NCBI GenBank assembly: GCA_050012755.1
Contig: JBEKGO010000007.1
Span: 1 to 64,000 of the forward strand
Length of the DNA: 64,000 nt
Source of the DNA: Candidatus Bathyarchaeia archaeon
GTDB taxonomy: Archaea > Thermoproteota > Bathyarchaeia > Bathyarchaeales > Bathycorpusculaceae
Direction of reading: 5' to 3'
Positions 50,070 through 60,612 of the stretch are shown here, piece by piece. Numbering within the stretch: the stretch's first letter is position 1; every line of letters starts with the position of its first letter. Under the pieces are notes generated by a model. That model was not told the DNA's origin and ran no database searches. It worked only from the letters and a program-made list of their open reading frames with translations. Position numbers and translations under genes: made by a program.

Positions 50070-51259
50070 CTTAGAGCTTCATCATAGACTCTCATGGCGT
50101 CTTTAACGACAATTCGCCAGTCAAGTTGTTGTTCAACCGTTTTGCGTGCTTTTGCACCCATCTCCTCTGCCTCTACTTGATGCTCAAGCAAATACAAGAT
50201 TTTTTCAGAGAATTGCATTGGATTGAAGGGGCCCACTAGAAATCCGTTTTTGCCGCTGTCAATGGTTTCAGGGATTCCGCCCACAGTGGTTGTCACGACA
50301 GGTAAGCCTGTAGCCATTGCTTCGAGCACGGCGAAGGGATGATGCTCATAGAAGGTCGAGAAAGCAAAGACGTCTGCGGCTTGATAGAGTTTTGGCAGTT
50401 TCTTGTCTGGGTAGTAGCCTGTGAAGACGATGTTGTCTTTGACGCCGAGTTTCTCAGCATGAGAGATTAGTTTGTGCATTTCGTTGCTCTGTCCTTTGCC
50501 TGAAATGATGAATTTGGCGTTGGGGAAACGTTTTGTGACGGCTGGCATGCTTTCGATTAGGGTAAACAAGCCTTTGCGGGCATAGAGACGCCCTACAGAG
50601 ACGATGGCTAAATCGTCAGGGTCAAAGCCCAATTCTGCTTTGACTTTGCGTTTGTCGGCGGTTGGCTTAAACTTGTTGATGTCAACGCCGTTGTGGATGA
50701 CCCGTATCTTGCTTGCGGAAATCTTGTAGTAATTTGTCAACTCCCATTTGGTAAAGTGGCTGACAGCGATGATTTTTCGTGCTCGCCTGAGCATGCCTTC
50801 CTCAAAAAACCTTAAGAACGGGTTAAAACTCACCAAAAATTTTTCGTTTGCGTTGAGGCGGCTGTAGGGTTCACCGCGGATAGCTTCGGCCTCTCCTTTC
50901 CATGTGGAGTGGACAGTGCAGACGAGGGCTTTTCCAAAGTGGGGTGGCACAGCAAAGTTGGGTGTCAGGGGCAGTTGGGGATGGGTAATATCCACATTTG
51001 CTGTGTTGCGGATGCTCTGGAGTTTGCGGTTGCTGGCAGCCGCAAGCATGAACGATTTCACAATGGGCGTCTTGGGGATTTTCAGGAAGGAAACATCTAG
51101 GTTAGGGTTGACTTGGATATCTTGGGCTTGGTTTGAGCCTGTGACGACGTAGACTTTGTAGCCGTTTTTGAGGAGTTCGTTTGAAAGGTAATAGACATAT
51201 GAGCCTGTTCCTCCTGATAATGGCCAATATTCAGGCGAGACGAAGCATACTTTAGGCAT
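50066..51259 (-). CDS. glycosyltransferase family 4
   Basis: P..GGTG, HNGVD, GRL..RKG, EHHPFAVLEAMA. Confidence 0.92.
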   Translation of the reverse strand: MPKVCFVSPEYWPLSGGTGSYVYYLSNELLKNGYKVYVVTGSNQAQDIQVNPNLDVSFLKIPKTPIVKSFMLAAASNRKLQSIRNTANVDITHPQLPLTPNFAVPPHFGKALVCTVHSTWKGEAEAIRGEPYSRLNANEKFLVSFNPFLRFFEEGMLRRARKIIAVSHFTKWELTNYYKISASKIRVIHNGVDINKFKPTADKRKVKAELGFDPDDLAIVSVGRLYARKGLFTLIESMPAVTKRFPNAKFIISGKGQSNEMHKLISHAEKLGVKDNIVFTGYYPDKKLPKLYQAADVFAFSTFYEHHPFAVLEAMATGLPVVTTTVGGIPETIDSGKNGFLVGPFNPMQFSEKILYLLEHQVEAEEMGAKARKTVEQQLDWRIVVKDAMRVYDEALS

Positions 51260-52256
51260 TAGGTGTCTTCCTCCCTTTGCTGCCTAAATAATCAGCTGCG
51301 GTGATAAAGGCGCCGACAAACCAAGCTAAAGCACGTACAAAATAAAGCACAATCAACCGCAAAACAACACCATCATGGTATTCAACGGAAATTTTGATTG
51401 CACAGTAAACGAAGTAAACAAACATTGCGAGCAAGATTAAGCCCGAAGCATACCATAAAGGCCTGAGCAACGGTATTATTCCTACAAGGAAAGAAGCAAT
51501 TACAACCAAGAGTAGAATTGGCTGGAGGTTCATGCCGAAATCCGTGATTTCGTCACCCTTAGCTAAATCGCCATGTTTGAAGTAAAGTTTAAGCGTGTTT
51601 TTTCCATACTGCAACTGTTGCCTGTAATATGCCCTCAGTGTTGGACGGTTGAAGTGATAACAGACTGCTTTTGGTTCATAGGCAATTCGGAAACCTTTAG
51701 CGTTGATTCTGAAGCCAAGGTCTGTGTCGTATTGACTGGGCAAGTTTTCATCCCATCCGCCTGCCTCTTCAATAACGTTTTTTTTCAGTAACAGATTCAT
51801 GGTGGCTATGCGTCCAGTATATTTTCCAATTCTGCGATAGCGGTTTTTAAGTTCATAACCAATGCTTTTTGCCCACAGGTTGTCAGCGTTCCAAGTCTCT
51901 ATGCTGCCGCTGACGCCTGCGACCTTTGGCTCTTCTAAGTGAGACACAAGAAGTTTGAGCCACTGCGGCTCAACTTTGGCGTCGGCATCTATGAAGCCTA
52001 AAACCGGATGTGAAGCAATTTTCATGGCATAATTGTACGCAGCTGGGGCATTCAAGCGAATAGAGATAACTTTGACGGGATATTTCTGCGCTAACTGAGC
52101 CGTGCCATCTTTGGAGTTCCCATCCATCACGATAACTTCAATTGAGCTTTCCGCGTAATCGAGCGCCAAAATTGATTTGAGGCATTCTTCGATTGTTTGC
52201 TCGCTATTGTAGGCTGCAACTATTATCGAGACTTTGGGGTAGGTGTTGTAAGCCAC
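51252..52256 (-). CDS. glycosyltransferase family 2 with C-terminal TMs
   Basis: VAAYN, DGNSKDGT, FIDAD, YRQQ..YG. Confidence 0.92.
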   Translation of the reverse strand: MAYNTYPKVSIIVAAYNSEQTIEECLKSILALDYAESSIEVIVMDGNSKDGTAQLAQKYPVKVISIRLNAPAAYNYAMKIASHPVLGFIDADAKVEPQWLKLLVSHLEEPKVAGVSGSIETWNADNLWAKSIGYELKNRYRRIGKYTGRIATMNLLLKKNVIEEAGGWDENLPSQYDTDLGFRINAKGFRIAYEPKAVCYHFNRPTLRAYYRQQLQYGKNTLKLYFKHGDLAKGDEITDFGMNLQPILLLVVIASFLVGIIPLLRPLWYASGLILLAMFVYFVYCAIKISVEYHDGVVLRLIVLYFVRALAWFVGAFITAADYLGSKGRKTPNA

Positions 52257-52259
52257 TTG

Positions 52260-52976
52260 TTAAGCCTTCACATATGCTAAAATTATGGATACGAGAATTT
52301 TGAAGCCGTCAAACATGGGGTCAACGCCTGATGTGCCATACGTTCGCTGTTCAAAACTTATAGGGACCTCTGTGACGCGGAAGTTTTGTTTGGCTGTTCT
52401 TACAAGAATCTCAGATTCTATTTCGTATTCGCCTGACTTTAATTCTTGGCTTTTCAACACTTCTCTTTTCATGGCTCTGTAGCCAGATTGGGAATCAGTT
52501 ATGGCTACGCCCGTTAAAAGTTCAATGAAACGGTTAAAGAGTTTAACGCCGAAAGCGTTCAGTTTTCTTGCCTCTACTTTTTTGTGATTCATGTATCTTG
52601 ACCCAATAACCAAATCGGCTTTGCCTTCCAAGATAGGCACTAACACTTCTGGGAGTTCTTCCGGTTTATGTGAGCCGTCCGAGTCGATAGTTAGAATTAT
52701 GTCGCCCATTGCGTGGGCAAAGCCTGCCCTTAACGCATAGCCTTTTCCCAAGTGCTGTTTCAGGCTGAAAACCTTTGCATTACGCGCCTTTGCTACCTCA
52801 AACGAATTGTCGTACGAGTGGTCATCTACAACTATAACTTCAAAATTCAAGCCAGTTTGTTGCATAACCTTTTCCGTGCGGTCGATGATGTTGCCTATAG
52901 TCAATTCCTCGTTGTATACGGGAATTATTATGGAAAGCAGCATTTCCCCTCGGCTCATTTTACTTTTAGATGCCAA
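52260..52976 (-). CDS. glycosyltransferase family 2 (DPM1-like)
   Basis: IPVYNEE, VDD.S.D, DSDG.H, GSR, DSQSGYR. Confidence 0.92.
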   Translation of the reverse strand: MASKSKMSRGEMLLSIIIPVYNEELTIGNIIDRTEKVMQQTGLNFEVIVVDDHSYDNSFEVAKARNAKVFSLKQHLGKGYALRAGFAHAMGDIILTIDSDGSHKPEELPEVLVPILEGKADLVIGSRYMNHKKVEARKLNAFGVKLFNRFIELLTGVAITDSQSGYRAMKREVLKSQELKSGEYEIESEILVRTAKQNFRVTEVPISFEQRTYGTSGVDPMFDGFKILVSIILAYVKA

Positions 52977-53022
52977 TGGAAGACCTTATAAAGTTTGGCA
53001 CTGCAACCTTCTAAGCAGTTAA

Positions 53023-53601
53023 ATGGAAAGTTTGATATCAAAGATGGAAACCACTATGCAGACCGGTAAAGTTTACGTTGACAAAAAAATTTGGTTTTCC
53101 ATGTGGTTTCTGGGCGCGGTTGTTACTTTCGGCGTAGCTTTTTTCCCCATGTTTTACCGTCTAGTTGATGGCAGAAATAAGCATTTTCAACATGAAAAGG
53201 AATTTGAAAAACAAGTAGCTGAACGTTTAGAAAAACAAGGCAAAAAACCGCCAGCAACAAGCCAGCGTTTTGCAGAGATGAATGCTAAGGCATGGGCAGT
53301 AAGCATCATTTTGGTTGTGCCGGTTTTCATTATTGTTTACTTGTTATCGAGGGATTTGGTGGTGCATGAGCGGAGTGAAGATGCTTTTCTCGCATCTGCT
53401 TTTCCAACGCGGATTTTTATGCCTCAGACGATACCGATAAAAACATATGTTTTAGTTACAATTTGTACGCTGGGTGTCGGAGTTGTTTATTGGCTGTACA
53501 AGGTTGTTAACTTGTATAACGCTCACTACAAAGCCGAGCTGCAAGTGGAAAAAGAAGTAAACAAATTAACGGAGGAAGAGAGCGGTGTCAGACAATTGTA
53601 A
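53023..53601 (+). CDS. membrane protein (DUF4234-like)
   Basis: ICTLG...VYWLYK.V..YN.H motif; TM segments. Confidence 0.65.
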   Translation: MESLISKMETTMQTGKVYVDKKIWFSMWFLGAVVTFGVAFFPMFYRLVDGRNKHFQHEKEFEKQVAERLEKQGKKPPATSQRFAEMNAKAWAVSIILVVPVFIIVYLLSRDLVVHERSEDAFLASAFPTRIFMPQTIPIKTYVLVTICTLGVGVVYWLYKVVNLYNAHYKAELQVEKEVNKLTEEESGVRQL

Positions 53602-54703
53602 AGCGCGCAGGTTTGTCAGCCATGGCGGAGACATTTGGGGTTTTAGCAGAAAATATAATGTTCCGATTGAAGAAGTGCTTGAGTTCAGTGGACCCATCAA
53701 TTTTCTCGGACCCTCGCCTAAAGCTGTTGAAGCTGTAAAGCAGAACGCCAAATTCATCAAGTTTTACCCTGACCCTAACCCTGTCGAATTCAAAACGGAA
53801 GTTGCAAAATACGTGGGGCATGGCGTAGATGAAGAAAACATCGTTTTAGGAAATGGCTCAATTGAGTTAATTTACGCCATTACAGAAATATTGCCTCGAG
53901 GCTTCAAAGCACTTATTCCTGTGCCATCATTCAGCGAGTACGAAAAGGCGGCGATACGCGTAGGCGGGGAGGCAGTGTTTGTCCAGTTACCCGAAAGCTA
54001 CGCTTTAGAAACAGAAAAAATCAAACGAGCAGTTTCCGTCGACACGAAGATTCTTTGCATCTGTAACCCTCACAGCCCCTCGGGAACTCTCTACAGCAAA
54101 GAAACGCTGGTAGATCTTCTTGATTTTTGCCATAAAAAAAATGTCATTTTCAGTGTGGATGAAAATTACATTGAGTTTGCTGAGAAAGGGCAAGAGACAA
54201 CGTTAGCAGGTTTGGTTAAAGACTACGCGAATCTTTTTGTTATTAGATCAGTTACAAAATTCTACGGTATGGCAGGCATACGCTTAGGCTACGGAATAGC
54301 AGCGCCAAACTTGGTCGAGAAGCTTGAAAATGTTAGGATACCGTGGAGTATTAACAGTCTCGCAAGCTGCGCGACTCTTGCCGCGTTTAATGACGCTGAT
54401 TTCATTGAAAACACAAAGAGAACAATAAGCAAAGAACGAGCAGAACTTGCAAAGAACCTAAGTGAAATTGAATGTTTACAGGTCTACCCATCAGTGACGA
54501 ATTTTCTGCTCATAAGAATCACGAATCGAAAAATCACTTCCACAAAGCTCAAGGAACTACTCTCTAAGGAGCATATGCTAATCCGCGATTGCTGCACATT
54601 TGTGGGCTTGGACGACAGCTACTTCAGGGTTACGGTAAGATCTGCCAAAGATAACGCAAAACTGGTACACTCAATAAAGCAAATCCTAGGCAAAGTCATT
54701 TAG
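53585..54703 (+). CDS. cobD: L-threonine-O-3-phosphate decarboxylase (CobD, HisC-like PLP enzyme)
   Basis: HGG, FS..IN.LG, YPD, GNG..E, CNP..P.G, RSVTKFYG.AG.RLGY, IRDC. Confidence 0.8.
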   Translation: MSDNCKARRFVSHGGDIWGFSRKYNVPIEEVLEFSGPINFLGPSPKAVEAVKQNAKFIKFYPDPNPVEFKTEVAKYVGHGVDEENIVLGNGSIELIYAITEILPRGFKALIPVPSFSEYEKAAIRVGGEAVFVQLPESYALETEKIKRAVSVDTKILCICNPHSPSGTLYSKETLVDLLDFCHKKNVIFSVDENYIEFAEKGQETTLAGLVKDYANLFVIRSVTKFYGMAGIRLGYGIAAPNLVEKLENVRIPWSINSLASCATLAAFNDADFIENTKRTISKERAELAKNLSEIECLQVYPSVTNFLLIRITNRKITSTKLKELLSKEHMLIRDCCTFVGLDDSYFRVTVRSAKDNAKLVHSIKQILGKVI

Positions 54704-54707
54704 GATT

Positions 54708-55556
54708 TTATTTTTTTGCTATCCAGAAACTCATTTCGGGGCTACCGATTAACCGATAAATCAGAGACATAGGATTCCAAATCCAAGTGCTTGTTTGATA
54801 GTAATCCGTTCTCTTCGAAAATTTGTAGCCTTCTTGTTTGAAAACCTCTTCTATGTTTTTGTGGTTTAATGCATGCTCCTTCTTGTGCCAATAATCAGAC
54901 AAAGAATAATCAATAAGAGGAACCTTTAACCCGATAATTTGGAAATACAGGCTGTTTAGTAATGGGTTTGAATGAAAATAGATGCCTTTGATGAGGCTTG
55001 CTAAGCCGCTTTGTTCACTTTTCCAATAAGATGGGGATGCTTCGTGGTCAACGTAGACTACGCCGCCCTTCTTGAGAAAAACGCTGAGGCTTCTAAGCGC
55101 AGATACATAATCGGGTAGATGATGCAGTGCGGAGTAGCAAGTTATTAAATCAAATTTTCCAATGTCGAAATCGAGGTTTTCGATTGGAGAATTAATTATT
55201 GTCAACTTATTTGATTTTAAGTAGGCACTGTATTTTTTTTGCAGAATCGCACACATTTCCGGCGAAATGTCAACAGCCGTAACCTGATAGCCCATCTGCA
55301 ATAGCTTGCCTGTTAAATTGCCTGTGCCTGCTCCGACATCAAGAGCAAACTTTTTGTTGTCGGTCACAAGTTTATCTGCCATTTTCAGTTTGTCACTTAT
55401 TCTCTTCTGCTCTTTTTTGCTATAAACTTCCGGATGGAGCATTTCGTAGTATTTCGCTTCAGAGCGATGTACCGAAACGTTTGCTTGGTGAATTTGTTCT
55501 TTGAGACTTGGGTTGTTTAGCAATCCGGTTTCCATCCAGACAGACTGAGTTGTCAC
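54708..55556 (-). CDS. class I SAM-dependent methyltransferase
   Basis: LDVGAGTG, VDIS, FDLI...ALHH, LKKGG; start may be ATG 55535. Confidence 0.88.
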   Translation of the reverse strand: MTTQSVWMETGLLNNPSLKEQIHQANVSVHRSEAKYYEMLHPEVYSKKEQKRISDKLKMADKLVTDNKKFALDVGAGTGNLTGKLLQMGYQVTAVDISPEMCAILQKKYSAYLKSNKLTIINSPIENLDFDIGKFDLITCYSALHHLPDYVSALRSLSVFLKKGGVVYVDHEASPSYWKSEQSGLASLIKGIYFHSNPLLNSLYFQIIGLKVPLIDYSLSDYWHKKEHALNHKNIEEVFKQEGYKFSKRTDYYQTSTWIWNPMSLIYRLIGSPEMSFWIAKK

Positions 55557-55592
55557 TATGTCTGTTTTGGAGTTTATATATTGTTTGAAAAC

Positions 55593-56951
55593 TCAGGACA
55601 AAATCAGGGGAGCTTTCTTAATAACGGTCCAGAACCCTTCTCGCTTAATCTTGTGCAGAATCCGCTTTGGCGACTTGTTGAAGTTCATGTGGAATTGCCG
55701 CTGAATCTTCAGCAATGAAGCGTAGTCGAAGTCAGCAGTTTTTACATATGCCGCGTAATCTTCAATTTGGTCGTAGAGGTGTTTTTGCATGACTTCATCA
55801 TAGAGGGGACTGCCTGGAACTGCAATGTAGATGTTCCAACGAATGAAGTCAGGGTCAAGTTTTCTAGCGAACTTGAATGAAGTTTTCATGTCCTCGACTG
55901 TTTCGCCTGGGATGCCTAGCAGAAAAGAACAAGCAGTTTGAATGCCCTCATCTCTGCACAGCTCAAACGCACATTCAGTCTGCTCGACGGTGACGCCCTT
56001 GTTAATTTTCTCAAGAATTCGGGGAGAACCGGATTCGACGCCGAACCATATTGTTTTGCAGCCTGCAGATTTCATTTCTTGCAGGAGCTCTTTTGAGAGG
56101 AGGTCGGCTCGGGTGTCGCATACCCATTGGAGGTCAAGCTTATTTTCACGGATTAATCTACATAGTTCAATGGTTTCTTTCTTTTTGATGGTAAAGTTAT
56201 CGTTTATGAAGTAGACGCCTTTTGTGTCGAAGTTTGTCATTAAATATTTGATTTCGTCCACAACCCTTTGAGGGCTGAAGGTGCGGCATGTTCGTCCCAT
56301 TAATCCGGTGGTTTCACAGAAAGCACAATTAAACGGGCAGCCTCTTGCGATACTCATGTTGTCTATGGGTTTAACGTTTAGGTATTCCATTTCCCTGACA
56401 TAACGGTCCATCGGCAACAGATGCCAAGCGGGGAAAGGAATCTCATCCATATTAGTAATGAATTGCCGTTGGTTTTTGATTATTTTGTCGTCATTTCTGT
56501 AGACGAGTCCAGCAATCTTGGAGGGGTCGTTGGCTTTGTCGCCTTTAACGATATAGTTGGCAAGCTGCACCATGGCGCATTCGCCCTCGCCCATAACAAC
56601 GTAGTCAACTTCGGGGTTCTGCAACAAGGTTTCAGGTTCATATGAGGCATGCCAGCCGCCAACCACAACTTTGCAGGCGGGAACGGTTTCTTTAACTGCC
56701 TTGGCGGTTTCGATGACACGACTGTAAGTTACTGAGCTACAGGTTATACCGACTATTTCAGGTTTGAGTTTCGCTAGTTCAGTCTTTATTTCTTCAATTG
56801 GTTTCTCCAGCATGTAGTTATCTATCATCTGGACCTGAAAACCGCCTTTTTCAAGGGCTGCTGCAACGTAAGCTAAGCCTATTGGAATGAATCTTCTGCC
56901 ATGAATCCAAGGTCCCTTTGTTGGGGGTGCTGGCGTCATTAACAAAATCAA
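55593..56951 (-). CDS. B12-binding radical SAM enzyme #1
   Basis: PIGLAYVAA, GGWH, GEGE, RGCPFNCAFC, DDNF-like NDNF, GVESG; start TTG 56951 or ATG 56939. Confidence 0.9.
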   Translation of the reverse strand: MILLMTPAPPTKGPWIHGRRFIPIGLAYVAAALEKGGFQVQMIDNYMLEKPIEEIKTELAKLKPEIVGITCSSVTYSRVIETAKAVKETVPACKVVVGGWHASYEPETLLQNPEVDYVVMGEGECAMVQLANYIVKGDKANDPSKIAGLVYRNDDKIIKNQRQFITNMDEIPFPAWHLLPMDRYVREMEYLNVKPIDNMSIARGCPFNCAFCETTGLMGRTCRTFSPQRVVDEIKYLMTNFDTKGVYFINDNFTIKKKETIELCRLIRENKLDLQWVCDTRADLLSKELLQEMKSAGCKTIWFGVESGSPRILEKINKGVTVEQTECAFELCRDEGIQTACSFLLGIPGETVEDMKTSFKFARKLDPDFIRWNIYIAVPGSPLYDEVMQKHLYDQIEDYAAYVKTADFDYASLLKIQRQFHMNFNKSPKRILHKIKREGFWTVIKKAPLILS

Positions 56952-57183
56952 TCGATATGCATCCTGTTTATTGCGAGTAGAAATATTTACTATGGAAGTT
57001 TGTAGATAAAGATTTCTTAAAAAAGCGCAATCTTGGTTTTTTCGCAGTTTGAGGTTGAGTGAAGTGGAAGTTGCGGGTGTTTCATCAAGCAAACTCAATT
57101 TTGCAGTTTTTAGCTAAATCTACGAAATGTTTAAGCATCCGTCATCTTGTAATTTCAGGAAATAGGGCACTTAGTGAAACGGA

Positions 57184-58569
57184 ATGAAGCCGCACGTAAC
57201 TCTTGTAAATCCACCCACCCCGCAGGGATCCATGGGGCATTTACCATTCGCAGTTTTAGGTTTAGGCTATTTAGCCGCGGTTTTGGAGAAAAACAACTTC
57301 AAAGTTGACGTTATCGACTGTCAGGCGCTCAAACTCTCATTTGAACAAACTAAAGAGGAGATCAAAAAGCGCCAGCCCGACATAGTCGGCTTAACAGCAA
57401 GCACGCTCTCATACAAATCAGGATTAAAAATTATACAATTGGCAAAAGAAGTTAACCCTAACATCTTAACCATGATGGGTGGACCACATGTCACCTTCTG
57501 GGACACCCAAGCCCTTGAAGAGTGCCCACAACTCGATGTCGTGGTAAGAAGAGAAGGCGAGTACACAGTACTAGAGTTAGTGCAAAAGGTGGAGGCAAAA
57601 CAAGGCTTCCAAGATGTCCTCGGAATAACATACCGTAGCAATGGCAAAATCGTCAAAAATGAAGACCGACCCTACATAGAAAACCTCGATGAACTCCCCT
57701 TTCCCGCACGCCATCTCTGGCCTATGGAGCAACTGCGCAAGTATGAAGATGTCCTTTACTTAACCACCAGCAGAGGCTGCGTATTCTGGTGCAACTTCTG
57801 TGCAACCGTACGAATGCATGGTCGAAAATATCGGTGGAGAAGCCCCGAAAATGTGGCAGATGAACTAGAGTTCCTGCATAAAAACTATGGCGTAGTCACA
57901 TTCACCTTCTGTGACGACGCATTCACCGTGGACCAAGCAAGAACCGAGAAGTTGTGCAAAGAAATTCTCGACCGTAAATTACAAATAAAATGGAACTGCG
58001 GTACCCGCGTTGACATGCTAACCAAAGAGTTGCTTGTTAAAATGAGGGAGGCGGGTTGCATTTCGGTTTGGTTTGGGGTGGAGTCGGGTTGTCAGCAGGT
58101 TCTTGATGAAATGAAGAAAGGCATCACCACTGAACAAACCATAAAAGTGTTGGGTTGGGTTAGAGAAGTCGGGTTGAAACCGGTTCCCAACGTAATCTTA
58201 GGGTTTCCTAGTGAAACAAAGAAGACTGCTTGGAAAACCATTAGGTACGCGGAGAAACTTGGTCCTAAAGATGTGCCGTTCTATAATATTGCTACGCCGT
58301 TTCCGGGGACGCCCATGTATGATCAGGTTGTAGAGAAGGGCTGGCTGAAAGTAACTGACTTTGACAAGTATGATACTGCAACGCCCATTTTTGAAACGCC
58401 TTGGATAAGCATGAAACAGCTTAAAGAGATTCGGCAGCAGGCGTTCAACCACTTCTATCTGAGACGCGCTTACTATCTTGACAAGTCCCGACGGTTCAAA
58501 ATTTCCACGGCACTCACGGTTGGAATCAACTTGGCGGCATTTATAAAATCGAAGTTTAGAGCACTATAA
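57184..58569 (+). CDS. B12-binding radical SAM enzyme #2
   Basis: LGLGYLAA, GGPH, EGE, SRGCVFWCNFC, DDAF, GVESG, TPFPGT. Confidence 0.92.
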   Translation: MKPHVTLVNPPTPQGSMGHLPFAVLGLGYLAAVLEKNNFKVDVIDCQALKLSFEQTKEEIKKRQPDIVGLTASTLSYKSGLKIIQLAKEVNPNILTMMGGPHVTFWDTQALEECPQLDVVVRREGEYTVLELVQKVEAKQGFQDVLGITYRSNGKIVKNEDRPYIENLDELPFPARHLWPMEQLRKYEDVLYLTTSRGCVFWCNFCATVRMHGRKYRWRSPENVADELEFLHKNYGVVTFTFCDDAFTVDQARTEKLCKEILDRKLQIKWNCGTRVDMLTKELLVKMREAGCISVWFGVESGCQQVLDEMKKGITTEQTIKVLGWVREVGLKPVPNVILGFPSETKKTAWKTIRYAEKLGPKDVPFYNIATPFPGTPMYDQVVEKGWLKVTDFDKYDTATPIFETPWISMKQLKEIRQQAFNHFYLRRAYYLDKSRRFKISTALTVGINLAAFIKSKFRAL

Positions 58570-58763
58570 CAAAAAATAATCTTGCTTATTGAGCAAGCAG
58601 CAAGACTTTTTTCGTATTGGCTCCTTAGCGTCAATATTCCGTTCTGCCTAATTGCCTGAAAATCAATAATTATTAAAAACGTCAGTCGTTTAGGTACTTT
58701 ACGTGAAAACATTGATAGCAAGCAAACACCCATTTGTTGTCAGTGCTTCCCATAAGAGTGAGC

Positions 58764-58883
58764 GACCCCCGGTTCATGAAGTTATGTTGACCTATGTTGA
58801 AAAGCAGTCGCACGAAATGCATGAAAGGTATCACCTACTTTTTGAAGTTGACCCCCCGGTTCATGAAACTATGTTCACCCATG
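58764..58883. repeat. two ~33-bp imperfect direct repeats with TTCATGAA core
   Basis: gacccccggttcatgaagttatgttgacctatg (58764) and gaccccccggttcatgaaactatgttcacccatg (58850). Confidence 0.8.
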
Positions 58884-59103
58884 ATACCCCCTATTTATAG
58901 GGGTCGAAGACAAAAATCCAGTGAATTTAGATGAACTGTGGATAGCTAATAGCCAGTGAGGGAATATGAAAATCTTAGTAAAGCGATTTTCAGGCATTTC
59001 TCTGGTTTTTGAGGTATCTGTTTAGTGAGCTGCAGAAATATGCAAAATATATATGGTGCAGTTCGTATTAGAGCTACCTAACAATGTATATTAGGGAAGA
59101 GAA

Positions 59104-60507
59104 ATGACCGTTCACATTACACTGGTAAATCCTCCATATCCTTTGGGGTCTCATTTGCACCCGCCGTTCCTCCCATTGGGTCTTGGTTATTTAGCTGCAG
59201 TTTTGGAAAAAAACAATTACAAAGTTGACATAATCGATTGCCAAGCCCTCAAAATTGGCTATGACGAAGCTAAAGAGGAAATCAAAACTCGCCAGCCTGA
59301 CATCGTCGGAATTACCTCAACAACGCTTACTTACAAATCTGCGTTGAAAATTGTGCAGATGGCTAAAGAAGTAAACTCTAACATCTTAACAATTATGGGA
59401 GGACCACATGTCACCTTCTGGGACACCCAAGCCCTTGAAGAGTGCCCACAACTCGATGTCGTGGTAAGAAGAGAAGGCGAACAAACCGTATTAGAGTTAG
59501 TGCAAAAAGCCGAAGCAAAACAAAGCTTCAAAGACATATTAGGCATCACATACCGCGACAATGGGCAAATAGTCAGAACCGAAGACCGCCCCTGGCTAGA
59601 AAACCTCGACGAATTACCCTTCCCAGCCATTCATCTGTGGCCTATTGAAAAAATGCGAAGCTTCGGCGAAGTAATCTTCCCCTTAACCACCAGCAGAGGC
59701 TGCGTCTTTTGGTGCAACTTCTGTACTGCCGTTCGAATGTTTGGCAGAAAATACCGCATGAGAAGCGTAAAGAACGTCGTAGATGAAATTGAATATCTGC
59801 ACAAAACCTTTGGCGCAGAACACTTTACCTTCTACGATGATGCATTCACAGTAGATCAAGCCCGAACAGAAGCACTCTGCCAAGACATCCTTGACCGCGG
59901 GTTAAAGATACGGTGGAACTGCGAAACCCGTGTTGACATGGTAACCAAAGAGCTACTTGCTAAAATGAAAGCTGCAGGATGCACTGATGTCTGGTTCGGC
60001 GTCGAATCCGGTTCTAATAAAGTCTTAAACTCCATGGACAAGGGAATCTCCATTGAACGAACGCAGCAAGCCTTCAAGTGGGCACACGAAGTCAAACTAA
60101 TGACCGTCGCAAACGTCATTCTTGGCTTCCCAACTGAAACAAAAGAAAGCATCTGGGAAACCGTAAAATTCATTGAAAAACTAGACCCCAACGACGTCGG
60201 CTACTACATCGCAACACCTTACCCAGGAACACCCATGTACAACCAAGTGAAAGAAAGCGGCGCACTTCAAGTCTTCGATTTCGACAAATACGACACAGCA
60301 ACACCAACCTTCAAACTCGACAACTTAACCATGGAAGAACTCAGAGAAACACGCGAAAAAGCATTCCACAGCTTCTACCTGCGACCCCGCTACATGCTCA
60401 GCGTGATCTTTAAAGGCGGGGTCTACGGGCGAGCCTCAACCATGCTGGTCTTAGCTCACCTTCGAAGAGCAATAAGATCCAAATTCTCCTCCAGAAAATC
60501 ATCATAG
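59104..60507 (+). CDS. B12-binding radical SAM enzyme #3 (close paralog of #2)
   Basis: PLGLGYLAA, GGPH, SRGCVFWCNFC, GVESG, TPYPGT. Confidence 0.92.
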   Translation: MTVHITLVNPPYPLGSHLHPPFLPLGLGYLAAVLEKNNYKVDIIDCQALKIGYDEAKEEIKTRQPDIVGITSTTLTYKSALKIVQMAKEVNSNILTIMGGPHVTFWDTQALEECPQLDVVVRREGEQTVLELVQKAEAKQSFKDILGITYRDNGQIVRTEDRPWLENLDELPFPAIHLWPIEKMRSFGEVIFPLTTSRGCVFWCNFCTAVRMFGRKYRMRSVKNVVDEIEYLHKTFGAEHFTFYDDAFTVDQARTEALCQDILDRGLKIRWNCETRVDMVTKELLAKMKAAGCTDVWFGVESGSNKVLNSMDKGISIERTQQAFKWAHEVKLMTVANVILGFPTETKESIWETVKFIEKLDPNDVGYYIATPYPGTPMYNQVKESGALQVFDFDKYDTATPTFKLDNLTMEELRETREKAFHSFYLRPRYMLSVIFKGGVYGRASTMLVLAHLRRAIRSKFSSRKSS

Positions 60508-60612
60508 CTCCACGTTTTCGTGTAGGCGAGCTCCCGTCAATTTTTCTTTTCTGTTTTCAGTTAAAAGTGAGGCTTTATATCACATTCCAGTAATTTCATC
60601 CTCGGGGATATT

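Noticed and set aside
58764-58883. Direct repeats as a mini-CRISPR
   Set aside because: Only two imperfect copies, a ~53-nt gap and no cas genes; kept only as a repeat
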